Positions 12,205 to 25,870 of a stretch of DNA of 64,000 bases are shown here, piece after piece. The stretch comes from Vicugna vicugna (taxonomy: Eukaryota): contig MU063892.1 in NCBI GenBank assembly GCA_013265495.1, positions 5,861,308 through 5,925,307 of the forward strand, given 5' to 3'. Each line of letters starts with the position of its first letter. Within the stretch, counting starts at the first letter, position 1. Under the pieces are notes generated by a model. It did no database searches, was not told the origin of the DNA, and saw only the letters and a program-made list of their open reading frames with translations. Both the position numbers and the translations under genes were made by a program.

Positions 12205-13870
12205 GGTTTTATTGAATTATAATTTATATACAATAAAATTCACTGATACTAAGTGAATTTCAGTAAGTCTTGATAAATGTGTATAGTTCTATAACTAACA
12301 CTACAATTATAGTATAGACAATTTCTATAGCTGCAGAAATTTCCCTTGTGCCCCTCTGCAGTAAATCCCTTCCCCTCCCCTGAAGCCCCTGGCAATCACT
12401 TATCTGTTTCTATCATCATAATTTTGTCTTTTCTAAAATTTTACAAAATTTGAATCATATGGAAAGTAATCTTTGGTGTCTGGTTTACTTCCATTTGCAT
12501 AATGTTTTTAAGCTGTGTTTATGATGTGTACATCAGTTCATTCATTTTTATTGCAGACTAGTATTTCATCATATGCATAGACCACAAATTGTTTACCCAT
12601 TCACCAACAAATGGATATTTAGCTCATTTCCCATTTGGGGCTATTAGGAAGAAAGCTGTTATGAACATCCAAGTACAAATCCGTGTGTGGACATGTTTCC
12701 ATTTCTCTGGGGTAAACACCTAAGAGTGGAATTGAGGGATCACATGGTAAATGCATGTTTAACTTTATAAGAAACTGCCACACAGTTTTCCAACATATTA
12801 TGCATTCCCACTAGCAACATTTGAGATTCTAGCTGATGCACTTCCTACCAAAACTTAATGTCAATCCTTTTAACTATGGTCATTATAATGGTTATACAGT
12901 GGTATCTCTTTGTAGCCTATGTCTGTATTTGCTTGATGATTCATGACGTTGATCTTATTGCCACAGGCTTATTGACCATTCGTGTCTTCATTTGTGACGC
13001 GTATGTTAAAACATTTGCCTATTTTTATTTAGCTGTTTGTTTTAAGCTTTCAATTGTATCTATATATTCTAGACAAAAGCAATGTGTTAGAGGCACATAC
13101 TGCAAATATTTTCTTCTAGTCTCAAGTTTGCTTTCCCATTTTATTAATAGCATCTTTTGGAGAGCAGAGACGTTTAAACTAGATGAAGTATAATCTATTA
13201 TTTTTCCTTTAGTAGTTCATACTTCTTGTGTCCTAAGAAAGATTTTCCTATACCAGATAGCAAAGATTTTACTCCTATATATTCTTCACTTTGTGCTATT
13301 ACATTTAGGTCTATGGTCCACTTCTAGTTATTTTTTGTATAATTCTTAAGATGGGAGGTTAATTTATTATTTTCTATATGATATCCATTTGATCTAGCAT
13401 CATTTGTTGGAAGTCTGCTCATTCTCCCATTAATTACCTTGGCACCTTTTTCAAAAAGCAATTGATATCTACAAGGGAGTTTATTTGGGGCCTCAGTTCT
13501 GTTCCACTGATGTCTATGCCTCCTTTTATGTCAATAATCCACTGTACTAAGGTATTTGATAGTAGGTATTGAAATCAGGCAGGCTAAGTCTATCACCATT
13601 GCTCTTTTTCAGAATCACTTAGGCTATTCTAGGCTTTCCATTTCTTTATGAATTTTAGATATTTTATGTAAAATTCTATTTTAAAAACCATGCTGGAAAC
13701 TGATTGCTACTGAATTGAACCTATTAATCAATTGGAAGAGAATTGACATCCTATTAAAATATATGATCCAATAACATGGTACACCTTTCCATTTACTAGT
13801 GTCTTTTTATGTAAAATGTTCTGTAATTTTAGTACACAGGTCTTGCACATATTTGGTTGAGTAAATTTAC
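12205..13870 (-). mobile_element. Old L1MB-type element (ORF2 3' part and 3'UTR)
   Basis: tttattgaattataatttatatacaataaaattcac..., gagtggaattgagggatcacatggtaaatgcatgtttaactttataagaaactgcc, aattgacatcctattaaaat. Confidence 0.85.
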
Positions 13871-14829
13871 AATTCCCCTTTCCAAATACACACATATTAC
13901 TTAGAGCCATCCTGGAAGGCAGTATTTTGACACACATTTTACAGAAGAAGAATTTGAGGCTCAGAGAAGTTCATGGACATGTAAATTTATGCAGCCTGGA
14001 GTATTCTGTAAACTGTCAGTGTCCTTATGAAAATCCCCTGTGGTTCATTCCCAAAACTCATGAAATTTTTTTCTCTCTCTTTCCCGTCCTCTTTTCTACA
14101 TCCTCTTGCTCTGGGCCAGAGTTTCTGTCCCATCGATTCATAATTGGACTCAAATCTCTTCCAATGCCCTTCAGACTGATGCTGTAGCTCAAATGTCTTT
14201 TTTGTTTTATGCTGTTTATTTCTGAATGCTATATTTTGGATTATACTCAGGACTGTGATTTATATCCCATTAACACTGTTCTCCTAACTCCTTTCTCCAT
14301 AATATTCAGCCCCTCAGCCTTCAGCCCTGGTCCCAGTCCACATCCAGAAGCCACCACTCAGAGTATTCCAACTGCAAGGATCCAAAACTTGAGCCAGGTG
14401 ACACCTGGTCTTAAAGCCCATGATTCTCCCTTTTGTCACTCTGATTCTCAGGACCCTTCTCTGTAAGCAACTTAAACGCACCTCCTAGGATCTCATGTTT
14501 TGATATATGTGTCATTTCAACCAAAAAACATGAGGTAGTATGAACAAGGGGAATAATAAAGTTCTTTGTCTTAAGTGTCAGAGTCTAGTTTAGATTTCTA
14601 CATTCAGCTTGTACCAGGTAAAACCTCAAGGTGTGCAGGTGCTAAGGGAAACTTGTCTGCCAGCCCATCCGAAGAGTGAGTGAAGACAACAGCTCTCAGA
14701 TTTTCTAAGTAGACCACAACATCTTTACCGTCCCATGTTTTCCTGTAGCTGCCTTAAGCAACTCCTGCATCACAGACAACTGCTTAGTGTAGTCATGTTT
14801 AGAACTGTCCTCACCTATGCAGTGCTCCA

Positions 14830-15812
14830 TGTGACACTGTGATTTATAAGAAACATATATATTGGGTTATTCAAATGACAAAAATAGATTTCTTATATGT
14901 ATTTGGTCATTATTCACAGCTCCTGGTTCAAAGCTCCCAAAACCCTTGAAATTTCCTGAGTTATAAGAGCACTGGAAGCATCTTTTAGCATAATACTTAG
15001 TCTCCTGTCCTCAGTTCCTGAAAACACTTCAGGGGTGAAAGGCAAAATGGGTGTCTTGTTATTCATAACAAGCTCCTTTCCACCACAACTGGGTTTATAA
15101 TAATGAAGATGACTTTTTGGAAAGCACCTTTTTAAAGATGGGGGTTGGTTAAGGGGGGGAACTAACCAAGAATAGAGGGTCGGAACTTTCAGTCCCACCC
15201 CAATTTCCAGGGAGAGGAGAGGGGGCTGGAGGTTGAATAAATCGCCATGGCCAATAAGTTAATCAATCATGCCTATGTAATGGAGCCTCCATAAAAACCC
15301 AAAAGGAAGGGGGTTTGGAGAGCTTCCAGGCTGAGGAGCCAGAATGTTTCCACAGGTCACCATGCCAGGTTCCAAACTCCATGAAGATAGAGCTCCTTTG
15401 TTCAAGACCTCGCTCTATGTATCTGTTCATCTGACGGTTGACTTGTATCCTCTTTGTAAAAAATCAGTAATCTAGTAAATAAACCATTCTAGCAAGAAAA
15501 TTGAACCCAAGGAAGGGATCATGGCAACCTCTGATTTACAGCCATTTGGTCAGAGGTACAGGTAGCAAGCTGGATTTGCATCCCAAGTTAAAGGGAATCG
15601 TTGGAACCTCCCATCTGCAGCGGGCAGGTCAGAAGCACAGCCTGTGCTTGCGGCTGGCGTCGGAAGTGGAGGGCACTCTCGCAGACTGAGCCCTTTCCCT
15701 GTGGAATCTGCTGCTATCTTTGGGTAGATAATTTCAGATTTGAGTTGAATTCTCAGATACCCTACTTGTTGGTGTGGGTATAAGTCTCTACTCACACACA
15801 AACTGGAACCAG
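14830..15812 (+). mobile_element. MER21-family ERVL LTR (near full length)
   Basis: Starts tgtgacactgtgatttataagaaacatatatatt; contains taatcaatcatgcctatgtaatggagcctccataaaaacccaaaagga and gggtagataatttcagatttgagttgaatt. Confidence 0.85.
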
Positions 15813-16444
15813 AAACGACCCTACCAGTTAAGAATAAGACCAGAACCAATCAGAAACAGTGTTTCTTTAGGCCAACAACCAGATTTCTGTGCAGCCCAGT
15901 TAATTTATTTTAGTCATTTCCTTCCACGAAGGAGTTCACTGAAGATTAAGTGAGACAATACACGTAAAACCCAGAGAACAGTTCTGTCGCAAAAGCTCTG
16001 AACATAGAAGTTGCTTTCTCTTTGAGTCTGGGTCTGTTTAAGTTGTGGTCTGCTTTTGTTCTACACTAAAATGCAGTGGGTAGCCAACACCAGGCCACCC
16101 TGTCACAGTAGCCACTGAGAGCATCTAGTTCTGCAAGCCACAGTCAACAGCAATTTGGAGGCACAAGCATGACTTGGAAATGGTAACACTCTCAAGAAGA
16201 AACCTGGAAAAGACCTTAACTTTATAGGAAACAAGGATCTGCTCTGCCCAGATCTTCCACAAGCGCCATTCATTTCTGCCTCTCTAAAGCTCTCACAGAC
16301 CCCCACGCATCCCACTGTTCCAGCCTGTCACATCTTTGCCTTAGTGATTCTCTGGGTACAAATATTACCTTAAAACTCATTTCCGGGCACCACTTCCAGG
16401 AAGACTTCACAGACTCTGAACTGGGACCATGTGTCCCACCTTTG

Positions 16445-17301
16445 CACAGTCCCTGCTCATCCGTGGGGAAATACGTTCCAAGACCCTCTGTGGATGTCTG
16501 AAAACACAAATAGTACCAAACCCTATAAATACTATGTTTTTCCCTATAGATACATATCCACGATAAAGTTGAGTTTATAAACAAGGCACAATAAGAGGTT
16601 AATAATAAATAATAATAAAATAGAACGATTATAATATATACTATATATATAATATACTGTAATAAAAGTTTTGTGAATGTAGTCTCTTGCTCTCTCTTTC
16701 AAAATACTTTATTGTAGAAACTCAATGCCTTCTCCATGTTAACTAAGCACTTGTCATGCACTGTGGCAGTAACTCTGGCAGTTTGAGGTGCTACAGCAAA
16801 ACCAGCATGAATTTCCTCTTTCTTCTTCACAATTTCACAGACAGAAGATGTGTTCTTACNNNNNNNNNNNNNNNNNNNNNNNNNNNNNNNNNNNNNNNNN
16901 NNNNNNNNNNNNNNNNNNNNNNNNNNNNNNNNNNNNNNNNNNNNNNNNNNNNNNNNNNNNNNNNNNNNNNNNNNNNNNNNNNNNNNNNNNNNNNNNNNNN
17001 NNNNNNNNNNNNNNNNNNNGAGGTAACTCAAACACAAGCACTGTGGTCCTGTGACAGTCAACCTGATAACTAAGAGGGCTAATGACTAGCAGGCTGGATA
17101 TACTGGACAAAGGGATGACTCATGTCCCAGGGAGGACAAAGTGAGAGAGGGGAGATTTCATCACAATACTTAGAATGGTGTGCAATTTTAAATTATGAAT
17201 TATTTATTTCTGGAATTTTTCATTTAATATTTTCAGGCTGTGGTTGACCATGGGTAACTGAAACCATAGAAAGCAAAACCCGTGGATAAGAGGGGGACAC
17301 T
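16445..17301 (+). mobile_element. MER44 (Tigger7-derived) DNA transposon, one N gap
   Basis: Left end cagtccctgctcatccgtggggaaatacgttccaagacc and right end ggtaactgaaaccatagaaagcaaaacccgtggataagagggggacact are inverted repeats matching MER44. Confidence 0.88.
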
Positions 17302-17319
17302 TTAATTCCAAAATGCACA

Positions 17320-17485
17320 TTTTTATCACAGCATCTACCACGTTGTACTATAATTGCATATTTACTTATTTCTCTTTCTCATTGGACTATGAGCACCAGG
17401 TAGGCAGGGGCTGTATTTTGCTCTTTTCTGTATTCCCAGTTCCCAGCAGACAGGCGCACTTTTGGTGATCAACACATGAGTTAGG
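17320..17485 (+). mobile_element. L2 3' end
   Basis: cattggactatgagcaccaggtaggcaggggctgtattttgctcttttctgtattcccagttcccagca. Confidence 0.7.
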
Positions 17486-17499
17486 GAAACCAAGATGAA

Positions 17500-17692
17500 A
17501 AGGGGAATGATATCACAGACGGGAAACGGAATAAAGATGAAAGGAGATCAAAGGAGGAAGAGAAAGGATAATGGAAGGAAAGATAGGAAAAATGAAAAAA
17601 GGAAAGAAGGAAAGAAAGGAAGGGAAAGGAAGAAAGAATAGAAGGGAAAAGAGGAGGAAGTAAGGAAGAGAAAGAGCAAAGAAAGAAGGATG
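17500..17692 (+). repeat. GA-rich low-complexity polypurine tract
   Basis: ggaaagaaggaaagaaaggaagggaaaggaagaaagaa... almost purine-only. Confidence 0.9.
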
Positions 17693-18319
17693 GTTGATCT
17701 TTCATCTCTTTATTCAGAAGAAGCCAACCTCAGGAGGCCCTTCTTTACAGGTTGAAAATACCATTAGATGAGTTTCTCAGCATCAGGTAACTCTTTTGAA
17801 AGTTGAAAATGCAGAGTTGAAATAAAAAATAATAAAGCCAAGTATAGAAGAATGAAATAATAAATTCAGAATGTTCCAAAGGCACCATTCCAGAGAGAGA
17901 AGTTTCATGTTATTTCACTAGTCTCATCCATGGAAGGGGGTGGTATGGTTTGACCTAGGGTTCAAGGGCTCTATTTTCTACTTAGACCTTTGTCAAAGAC
18001 TAATTTCTTCAACCAGTCTTCATCAATTTCATGTCAACACCACTCAGTAGAGTATGTTGCATGACCTGTGGATGCTATCTGTCAATATTAACCAACTTGG
18101 AAGCTAATCCAAAGCACAGAGATAAAGAATCCCAGAATCCGTTGCATGACAGGAGCTACCTGCCTGTACTTATGAATCCTGTGGGATTTTCAGAGTTGGA
18201 GGACAATTCTTTTTAAATTGAATTTTCAAAAACTCTGAACAATCCTATCAGAGTTTGGGTTTCCCAGTCATACCAAGTAGTTTTATTTATTTTCGCTGCA
18301 TCTGCTTTTTCTTTAAAAC

Positions 18320-18600
18320 CACAGACCTGCAATTGTTTTCTCCCTTGCTTCAAAACCTATCCTTGGCTCACAAGCCTATTAGCTAAAACACAAAGAACAC
18401 CTTCTTTGCAATTTGATACTAAACCATAATTTGGACTTTATCTCCTACTGTTTTCTTTTTTGCACCAGACATTCTCACAAAGTGGCCTCTCTAACATGTT
18501 ATTAAAAATACCAGTATGCTTTTTTTTCGTATCATTTCCTCTTCCTGGAAAGTTCTCTTTTCTTTCTCTACCTACAGAATACCCTTCAATGTTTACCCTT
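18320..18600 (+). mobile_element. L2 fragment
   Basis: cccttgcttcaaaacctatccttggctc...tttcctcttcctggaaagttctc. Confidence 0.6.
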
Positions 18601-18609
18601 CCCAAAGGC

Positions 18610-18880
18610 AGTCTGGCTTAATGTACTTGGGGGTATAAACTGTGGAATCAGTTAGCCCAGGTTTTGAAACTTCTTCATCATCATTGAATACTCTTAGGGG
18701 ATTTATAGAAACTCTTAGCATCAGATTGTTTCCCTCCAAAATGGTGATTATAATACCTCAGAGAGTTTTTATTACCCCCAAATAACGGGGGAAAAAGCAG
18801 AGTTGCTGTCATGATCCAATAAAATAATATCTTAAAAAAGATCCAACACAGTGTCTTGGAAAGTGTGTAATGTTGTATTC
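18610..18880 (+). mobile_element. MIR SINE
   Basis: tggaatcagttagcccaggttttgaaac...tcagattgtttccctccaaaatggtgattataatacctc. Confidence 0.6.
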
Positions 18881-19109
18881 CTTATCCCATTATCTCCATC
18901 ACCAGTATCTAAAGGTTGTTGGGTTGAATAGAATAATTCACATACAGGCATTAGCAGTGGGTTTAGCACTAAGAGATTGATGATAATAGTTATAATCACC
19001 ATTACTAATAATTCTCATCATTATGATACTTAGTAAACTCCACTTGTTATTAATCAACAACCTTCCTCTGTTACTCTTACAGATATTAGCTATACCTACC
19101 TTTAGCATG

Positions 19110-19260
19110 GTATGCATCATAACAGTACATAACTGCCTGTTTAAGTATCCCCTGTAGTCTGTGACTTACTCAGTAACAGTCCTTGTCCAAGTTGGCCATG
19201 TACCCCTAGAGTTCAGTACCAAATGTGCACTTAGCAAATATAGGTTAAATGAATGTACAG
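19110..19260 (+). mobile_element. L2 3' end
   Basis: gtacccctagagttcagtaccaaatgtgcacttagcaaatataggttaaatgaatg. Confidence 0.55.
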
Positions 19261-19984
19261 AGTTAACGTCCACAATAAGCCATCTCTGCTGGCTTTTGTT
19301 TTCTTTTGTTTTTGGCTGTTTACAACCTATACCATTTATGTGCTAAATGGCTGTCCAAAGTGAAAGGTATAGTATATGAGCACTAGAAGGGGACAGAGGG
19401 CTCAAATCATTGGCCTTAGTAGCACCATATCTCAAACTGAACTAAGAGTCATCTAGAACTTCCAAATACCCCCAAAAAGTCCCTGATTGCAGCTAGAAGG
19501 GTGATTTTGGAGAGACTTGGAGTGTACCCATAAGTCTTCTCCAAGTACTTATTAGCAGTTCTGGAGTGAGTTCATAGCAACTCACCACAGGTCATTAAAT
19601 GATTTCTTTAGCATTTCAAGATTTGGAGCCACCATCCTGCTCCATGGAAAATTTTAGAGGAAATTAGATTATGGTTGGGAACATTGGCCAGATAGATGAA
19701 AGGGGAATAAGTGTATTTAATAAATACTCAGCTTTGTGGCTGCTAGAAGCAGTCCACGTTTCATCTTCTACAAAAAGGGGGAACATATTAACTCTTTGAA
19801 AACCTCACTGGAACTAGCCTCTGAGCCAAGGTTTAAGTCCATGTTGCATACCCAAATAAAAATGAGCCTCCAGGATAATGCACAATAAGATATTTTTTAA
19901 GTGCCCACCAAATAAGGTAAATACCACACAAATCTTAAGATTTTTCACTTCCTGCCTAAACTCAGTATATTATACTCAAGAAGG

Positions 19985-20200
19985 AATACATTACTGGAGT
20001 TAGTAAGGGATTTGGCATCAGGCAGACTTGATTTCAAATCTCGGCTTCTGATGCTTGCATAGATTACTTTGCCTATTTTTCTGACCAATAAAATAGGAAG
20101 AGTGCTGTTCATAACATGATGAGGAATAGCTGTGCTGTGTTGGTGAAAATGCTTATCAATGCTTAGCATGTAGATGTTCAATAAATATCAGTTTCCTTCT
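19985..20200 (+). mobile_element. MIR SINE
   Basis: ggcatcaggcagacttgatttcaaatctcggcttctg...gcatgtagatgttcaataaatatcag. Confidence 0.7.
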
Positions 20201-20879
20201 CATTTCCCCTTGGCTCTTAACAGTTTTCCTAAAAATAAGGTCTTACAAGTCTGTGCTATGGAGAATCTAAATATATTCCAACCCATTTCTACATTAGTTC
20301 ATTAAAAAGTAAAGACAAATTCCACACAATAGAAGAATATCATTCATGTAGACCCATCCCTGGCTTCAGTGGCAATTCTTTTTCAGAAATAGAAGATTGT
20401 ACAGAGTAGTTGATGCACATGGATTAGGCACCTCTCTAAGGAGCATTGGTATCTGAATATAAGCACTTTAAATTACTAGGGATTATTCACTTTCCAAAAG
20501 TCAACTCTACAAAAGGATAAACCACATGACTCACTTTAATGGTGCATTTCCCAGGTGGCTGGAAAGGAAGATTTAATTTAAAAAAAAAAAATTAACACTA
20601 AGCAACTGTCAAGAATTGAGTCCTCACATGAAACAAAATACTACTTTTATGAGGATATCTAAAGTAAAGCCTACGAGGTTGACTAAGTGCCAAAAAAACG
20701 GCATGCCAGTTGATGAGACATAGTCCCCTGATGAAAAGCTCTTAGTTTGCCTGGTTAGTGTTAAGGAAGGACAGACTTGTTATTTCTACAAATGATGTTA
20801 TTTACAAGTGCTAGTGAGGGTGGAGATACAGAAATTGGAAATCATAGTTATGAATTGTCTCTCCTGTGCACCGAGTCTA

Positions 20880-21060
20880 ATCTATGTGTGACCTCATTGA
20901 ATTCTCCCAACACCAGGTAAGACAGGTGTCATTATCATCATTACTATTTTGAATATTATCATTTGACAGAGAATGGAATATTGAGAAGTCACAAGCACCG
21001 AGCTGGTAAATACTCATCCCAAGATGCAAACACATTCCTGCCCTGCTCCAATACACATAG
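20880..21060 (-). mobile_element. MIR SINE
   Basis: cattgaattctcccaacaccaggtaagacaggtgtcattatcatc...atttgacagagaatggaatattgag. Confidence 0.55.
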
Positions 21061-22264
21061 CCTCTCCTCTACCACATTGCATCTCACTGCACGGGGCCAA
21101 ATGACAGGATTTAAATACAAGCTCTCTAGATGTCCAGATGATGGGCGAATTATTGTCATTTGGGACTTAAGGAAAGATCTGTAGGGACATGGCATCTGGA
21201 CTGGGCTACAAAGAAAGGGAAAATGGAAAAGCACAAAATTTAAAATTTCCAACCATATTCCCAGGAGCCAGTTTAGGTGAGATCATAGAGCCTGAACTTC
21301 AACCAACAAAAAACCTAGATTCATTGGCTGGACTTGAGTTCCAGGAATATTCCAAGACTATCAAATAAAAATCATCATTTTTGAGGGAAACGCCAGCTTA
21401 GTGGCAAATTAATCTGTTAAAATGTAAGGGGAGGGGGGAAATGCATCATGTTAGCAATTCATTTCTAGTGGCCTTTAATAGCCAATGAAGTTTTCCATTT
21501 CTCTAGAAACTGTTCTCTTCTCACTCAGATATATTGGCAGTAACATCAAGTCTTCAGCCAAAGGAAAGAGACTGGCCAGACCTCATTAAGCTGAGATTTC
21601 AATTAAACATCATAAAGGAAGAGAGCTGACAGCAAGTAGGTTACAATAACAGGAAGACATTCACCACAGGGCAAGCAGCTCAGTCTTCATGTTCTGTCTT
21701 ATGCCTGGCTAGTCAAAGAAACCCTTACCTTCGACAGAGTGGAGGCATGTTGCCCGTCAGAGAAGCCCAGAGTCAGGCCGTATCCGAGTTAGTTCGTAAG
21801 AGTGCCGACCCTCTCTCAGCTTCAGACACCAACCAGGACTCCAGGGCATCCGAGAATCCAACAGCAGGTTCCTGCCTCGGGGGCACAAGAGTCCGATGTA
21901 GGACACCTTCTCTTCTTTTTTAACCTCTTTAGTATAAAAGTAAAGAAAAATCAATAAGCATTAATAAGAATAACTAGAAATGAGGAAACTGAACATAAGG
22001 TCATGAGGATAGAAGAAAGAAGATGTCAGAGCAAGAGTAGGTATTTCTTTGATGGAGTGTAAGAAGAAATCAAGGAAAACGAGACATGCGTAAGACAAAA
22101 GAAGACAAACCAATGTCTATGCTCCGAAACAGAACTCTTACCTGTTAACCAGAGAGCTAAGATATAAGGAGTGTGTGAACCAGGAGACAGGGTGGGGCTA
22201 AACTCTGTTATGTGCCGGCATGGAATTATCATGGATGGCATTAGGGTCTCCAAACCTTGTTGAA

Positions 22265-22505
22265 GACACAGTGGTTGAGAGTACGTGACTTGGCATCAGA
22301 CAAGACAGGATGAAAATTGCCATTTAACACCTATGCACACTTAAGTAGGTTATTTTAGCCCCATAAACTCCAGTTTTCTTATCTCTAAACTGAGAATAGC
22401 ACTACCTGTCTCATATGATTTTTGAAAATTTTATGTAATATTGTGTATACAAAGTGCTTAGCACAGTGTCGAGCATGCAGGAAGCCACTAATTTAATTAT
22501 CATTA
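22265..22505 (+). mobile_element. MIR SINE (near full length)
   Basis: acagtggttgagagtacgtgacttggcatcagac...ccagttttcttatctctaaactgagaatagcactacc...aaagtgcttagcacagtg. Confidence 0.85.
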
Positions 22506-22739
22506 ATAAACTGATTTGTGGACGTGGTTGACAGATTTCCTTGATTTACCTGGGAATTTCACTATCGGCCATTGCTAGGATGAGCAGACTAAATGAAGGA
22601 CATCCAGTTTTGTTTTTTTTTTCTACCTAAGAATCCCATTTATTACTTTGAGAGCAAAAATTAGCACAGCTAATGGGCCTCAAAAAATAACTATTTTACA
22701 TTTGGAAAAGTGTGCATTTTGACAATAAAATTAAAATGC

Positions 22740-24960
22740 AGACCAAGATAGAATATGGCTTTTAAGTTCTAGCAAGGATGAGAAAAACAGCAGGTGGAAG
22801 GGTTTGGTAGAGAAGAGTTATCTAGATCAAAATTAGAATGTCAACAAAGACAGTAACGCTAGCACAAATCCCCCTCAAAAAATTTTAAGTACAAGGAAAA
22901 AATTATAGGCTGCAAAGATCTGAATTAAAAAAAATCTTAAGCAAAATACTACCATGTTAAACTTAGTACTGTTCTAAGCTTGACCAGCAAGCATAATGGC
23001 CTAAATAGAATTTATCACAGAAAGACAGATATGCATCACTAAGAAAAAAAACATTATCAAAGTATGATTATTCAACATATGATCAACTTAAAAGAGAAAA
23101 CAATGTCTCAGTAGATACATAAAATGTGCAATGAAATTCAACATTTATTTAGGATACAATTCTTAGAAAATTATCAACAGCAGGAAACTTCCATCTTTAA
23201 TCTAATAATAAGTAGCTATCCAAAAACCTGCACATGATAAAATTTGGAAGTATTTCTATTAAAGTCAAGAAAAGATAATAGCAAAGGCCCCATAATTCAC
23301 CATTACCAGTCAACCAGAAGTCCTAACTGGGCAACAAAACAAGAAAAACAAAGGTGGCATGAGAAGTGGAAGCTGTAATTATGTATTTATACATTATAAG
23401 ATTATCAATATAGTAAACCAAGAAAAGCTGTAAATGAACTAATGGAGCAACTATGAGATTTCAGAAGGGATGATTAACATGCAAAAGTGCATACGTATCA
23501 GTAAGAGTGTGATGTAAGCATAGTCACCAAGGCAAAAATAATCAAAGTTGTTCATAAATAAAATTCTAAAACACATACGTGTAAAACCTTGTACAGAACA
23601 TTATAAAATGTTCTTAAGAAACATAAGAGAAAACAAAATAGATGGAGATCTGTACCACTTCCATGGATGGAGACGTTAAAAATCACAAAGTGACTAATTT
23701 GATCCAAATCATTAATAGATTCAATGAGATTGCAAATAAAATCTCAACAAGATTTTTTTCTTTACAACTCTGCACACTTATTCTAAAATCCACCTGGGTA
23801 TGCAAACGCAAAAGACAAACCAAGCTGATTCTGGAAGAAAAATATAGGAGGTAGCACTTAAGTATGTGTTTGTTAAGACATTTACATTTTAAAGCTATTG
23901 AAATTAAAACAGTATTACTGAAACAGGAGGAGAACGGTCAGCGGAACAGAATTTGAATCAAATACATGTGAGAAGCTGGCATACGACAGAGGTGGCACTA
24001 TATGACAGCGAAAGGAAAAAGAAAACAATAAATGGCAAGATTTTTCCATTTGAAACTCACATCTCCCATGAAAATAATTAAACAGAACCATAAATGAGGA
24101 AAATGTTTAATTAGGAGAAAATCTAGAATAATCATTTTTGAATAGGAGAAAAGAACCACGTTTCTTAGCAAACTCTCAAATTAGTAGTTTACAGGACAGC
24201 ACTGATAACACGGACTACATCCCAAATTCAACCGTTCTCTGCAAAACATACTAAAGGAAAAAAGGACAGGTTTAGAAAAGATATTTATAATGTGTAAAAC
24301 CAACACGAATTCGAATCCTGACTAGGTCGAGAAATTACATGCCAGTTTAAACAAACCAACAATATAACTTAAAAGTGGGCAAACGATGGGAGCAGACAAT
24401 TCAGAAGAGTCAGCGAACTGCGGAAAAGGTGGTTCTCCTCACCAGCGACAAAGGAAATGCAAATTAAAACAAGAGCGAAACACCATTTCACACCAAACAG
24501 CTTGACAGGCATCACGGAGTCTGTCAATACCGACTGCCGGCAAAGACTTGAGAAAACGGGATTCTCGCACCCTGCTGGTGGGAGTGTAAATTAGTACAAT
24601 CACTTTGGAGAGAAATGAAATTGAAAATGTGCATATTCAATGACTTAGCAGTCGTGCTTTACAGAAATGCTTGCTCGCATGACCGAGGGCATCCTGGATG
24701 CTCTCTGTAGCATTGTTTATTTGTCATGGAGAAAAACCGGAAACAACCTTCATGTCCTTCAATAGGGAGCAGGCAAAGAAACTGTGGTATATTCATACAA
24801 TTCACTATAATAAAGAAAAAAACTAAATGAATTAATTAGACCTACGTGGAAAGACATGGATGGATCTCAAGAATACAACATTGAGTAGAAAGAGGGGGAA
24901 AAGCAAATTGTCAAAAAGTATGTTGTTTGAAATCATTATGTAAAAAGGATTTTTTTTTTT
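22740..24960 (+). mobile_element. Ancient L1ME-type element (ORF2 remnants + 3'UTR)
   Basis: ORF 23642-23854 (NRFNEIANKISTRFF...LILKSTW) is a degenerate ORF2p match; ggaaatgcaaattaaaac, ctgctggtgggagtgtaaattagtacaatcactttgg. Confidence 0.85.
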
Positions 24961-25734
24961 AAAAAAACCAGCAACTCCATGTGTTGCCTGTTATTACATT
25001 CCATGACAAACCCAGAAAATAGGGGCTGCAAAATTCGTGCTGGAAATCGCCTCGAAGGGAGGGGGATCTCAGAGGAAAAAAAAGAGCGTCACCTTCATCT
25101 GCCACGTTCGATTCTTTTTAAATAAACCAATTTACGGTGACTCCGCTTTAACAGTTGGGGAGGGCTTCCAAGAGAAAGTCTGACTTCTCCACAAGAATGT
25201 AAGCAATAGAAGGAAGAGAGTAATTTTGGTTTGTTTGTTTTTCTTTCTGTTCTCAGATTACAGAAGGCACCTAATCACTGCTGGGTCTCCGCTTACATGT
25301 ATTGAAACCCAGGGTGTTTATAGTTTTTAAGCAGAGGGAAATGCAGAGAGGTCTTAGATACCAGCCAAGTTTCCAGAAAGCTCAAAATTCATCACTAGAC
25401 GTCACATGCATGCAGGCACACACACACACACACAACTTGTGCACAATCACAACAGTGAGTGGCCACAAGCCATAGCGTTAAGGTTCTTCCAAGGCTACAG
25501 AGGGCTGTCACCTTGTTCCCTCAGTCAGGGATGGGTTTGCACGACTGGTCAGCGCTGTCCCAGGCAAAGAGATGCTTCAAGTCACTCCACTCACTTGCCT
25601 TCTCGAGTCTACCTGAATGCTCTCCAGATCTTTATTTGGTCCTTCACTCAAGAAACATTTAATACATTTACCCGGCTTTCTAGTAGGTATCTTAGATACA
25701 CGTGCTCTCTGTTTTAATCCTCAGAATTGCCCTA

Positions 25735-25870
25735 CGTGGTCAGTATTTTAACATCGTTTTATAGGTAAGAAAGTTACAACACGTTGCAGTTAGTGTCTTC
25801 TCCACATTCACACAGTTAGTTTGTAATTGGTGTAACTGGAATTCAAGCCTGGGTTTGAATAACCCCACAG
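25735..25870 (-). mobile_element. MIR SINE
   Basis: catcgttttataggtaagaaagtt...aactggaattcaagcctggg. Confidence 0.6.
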
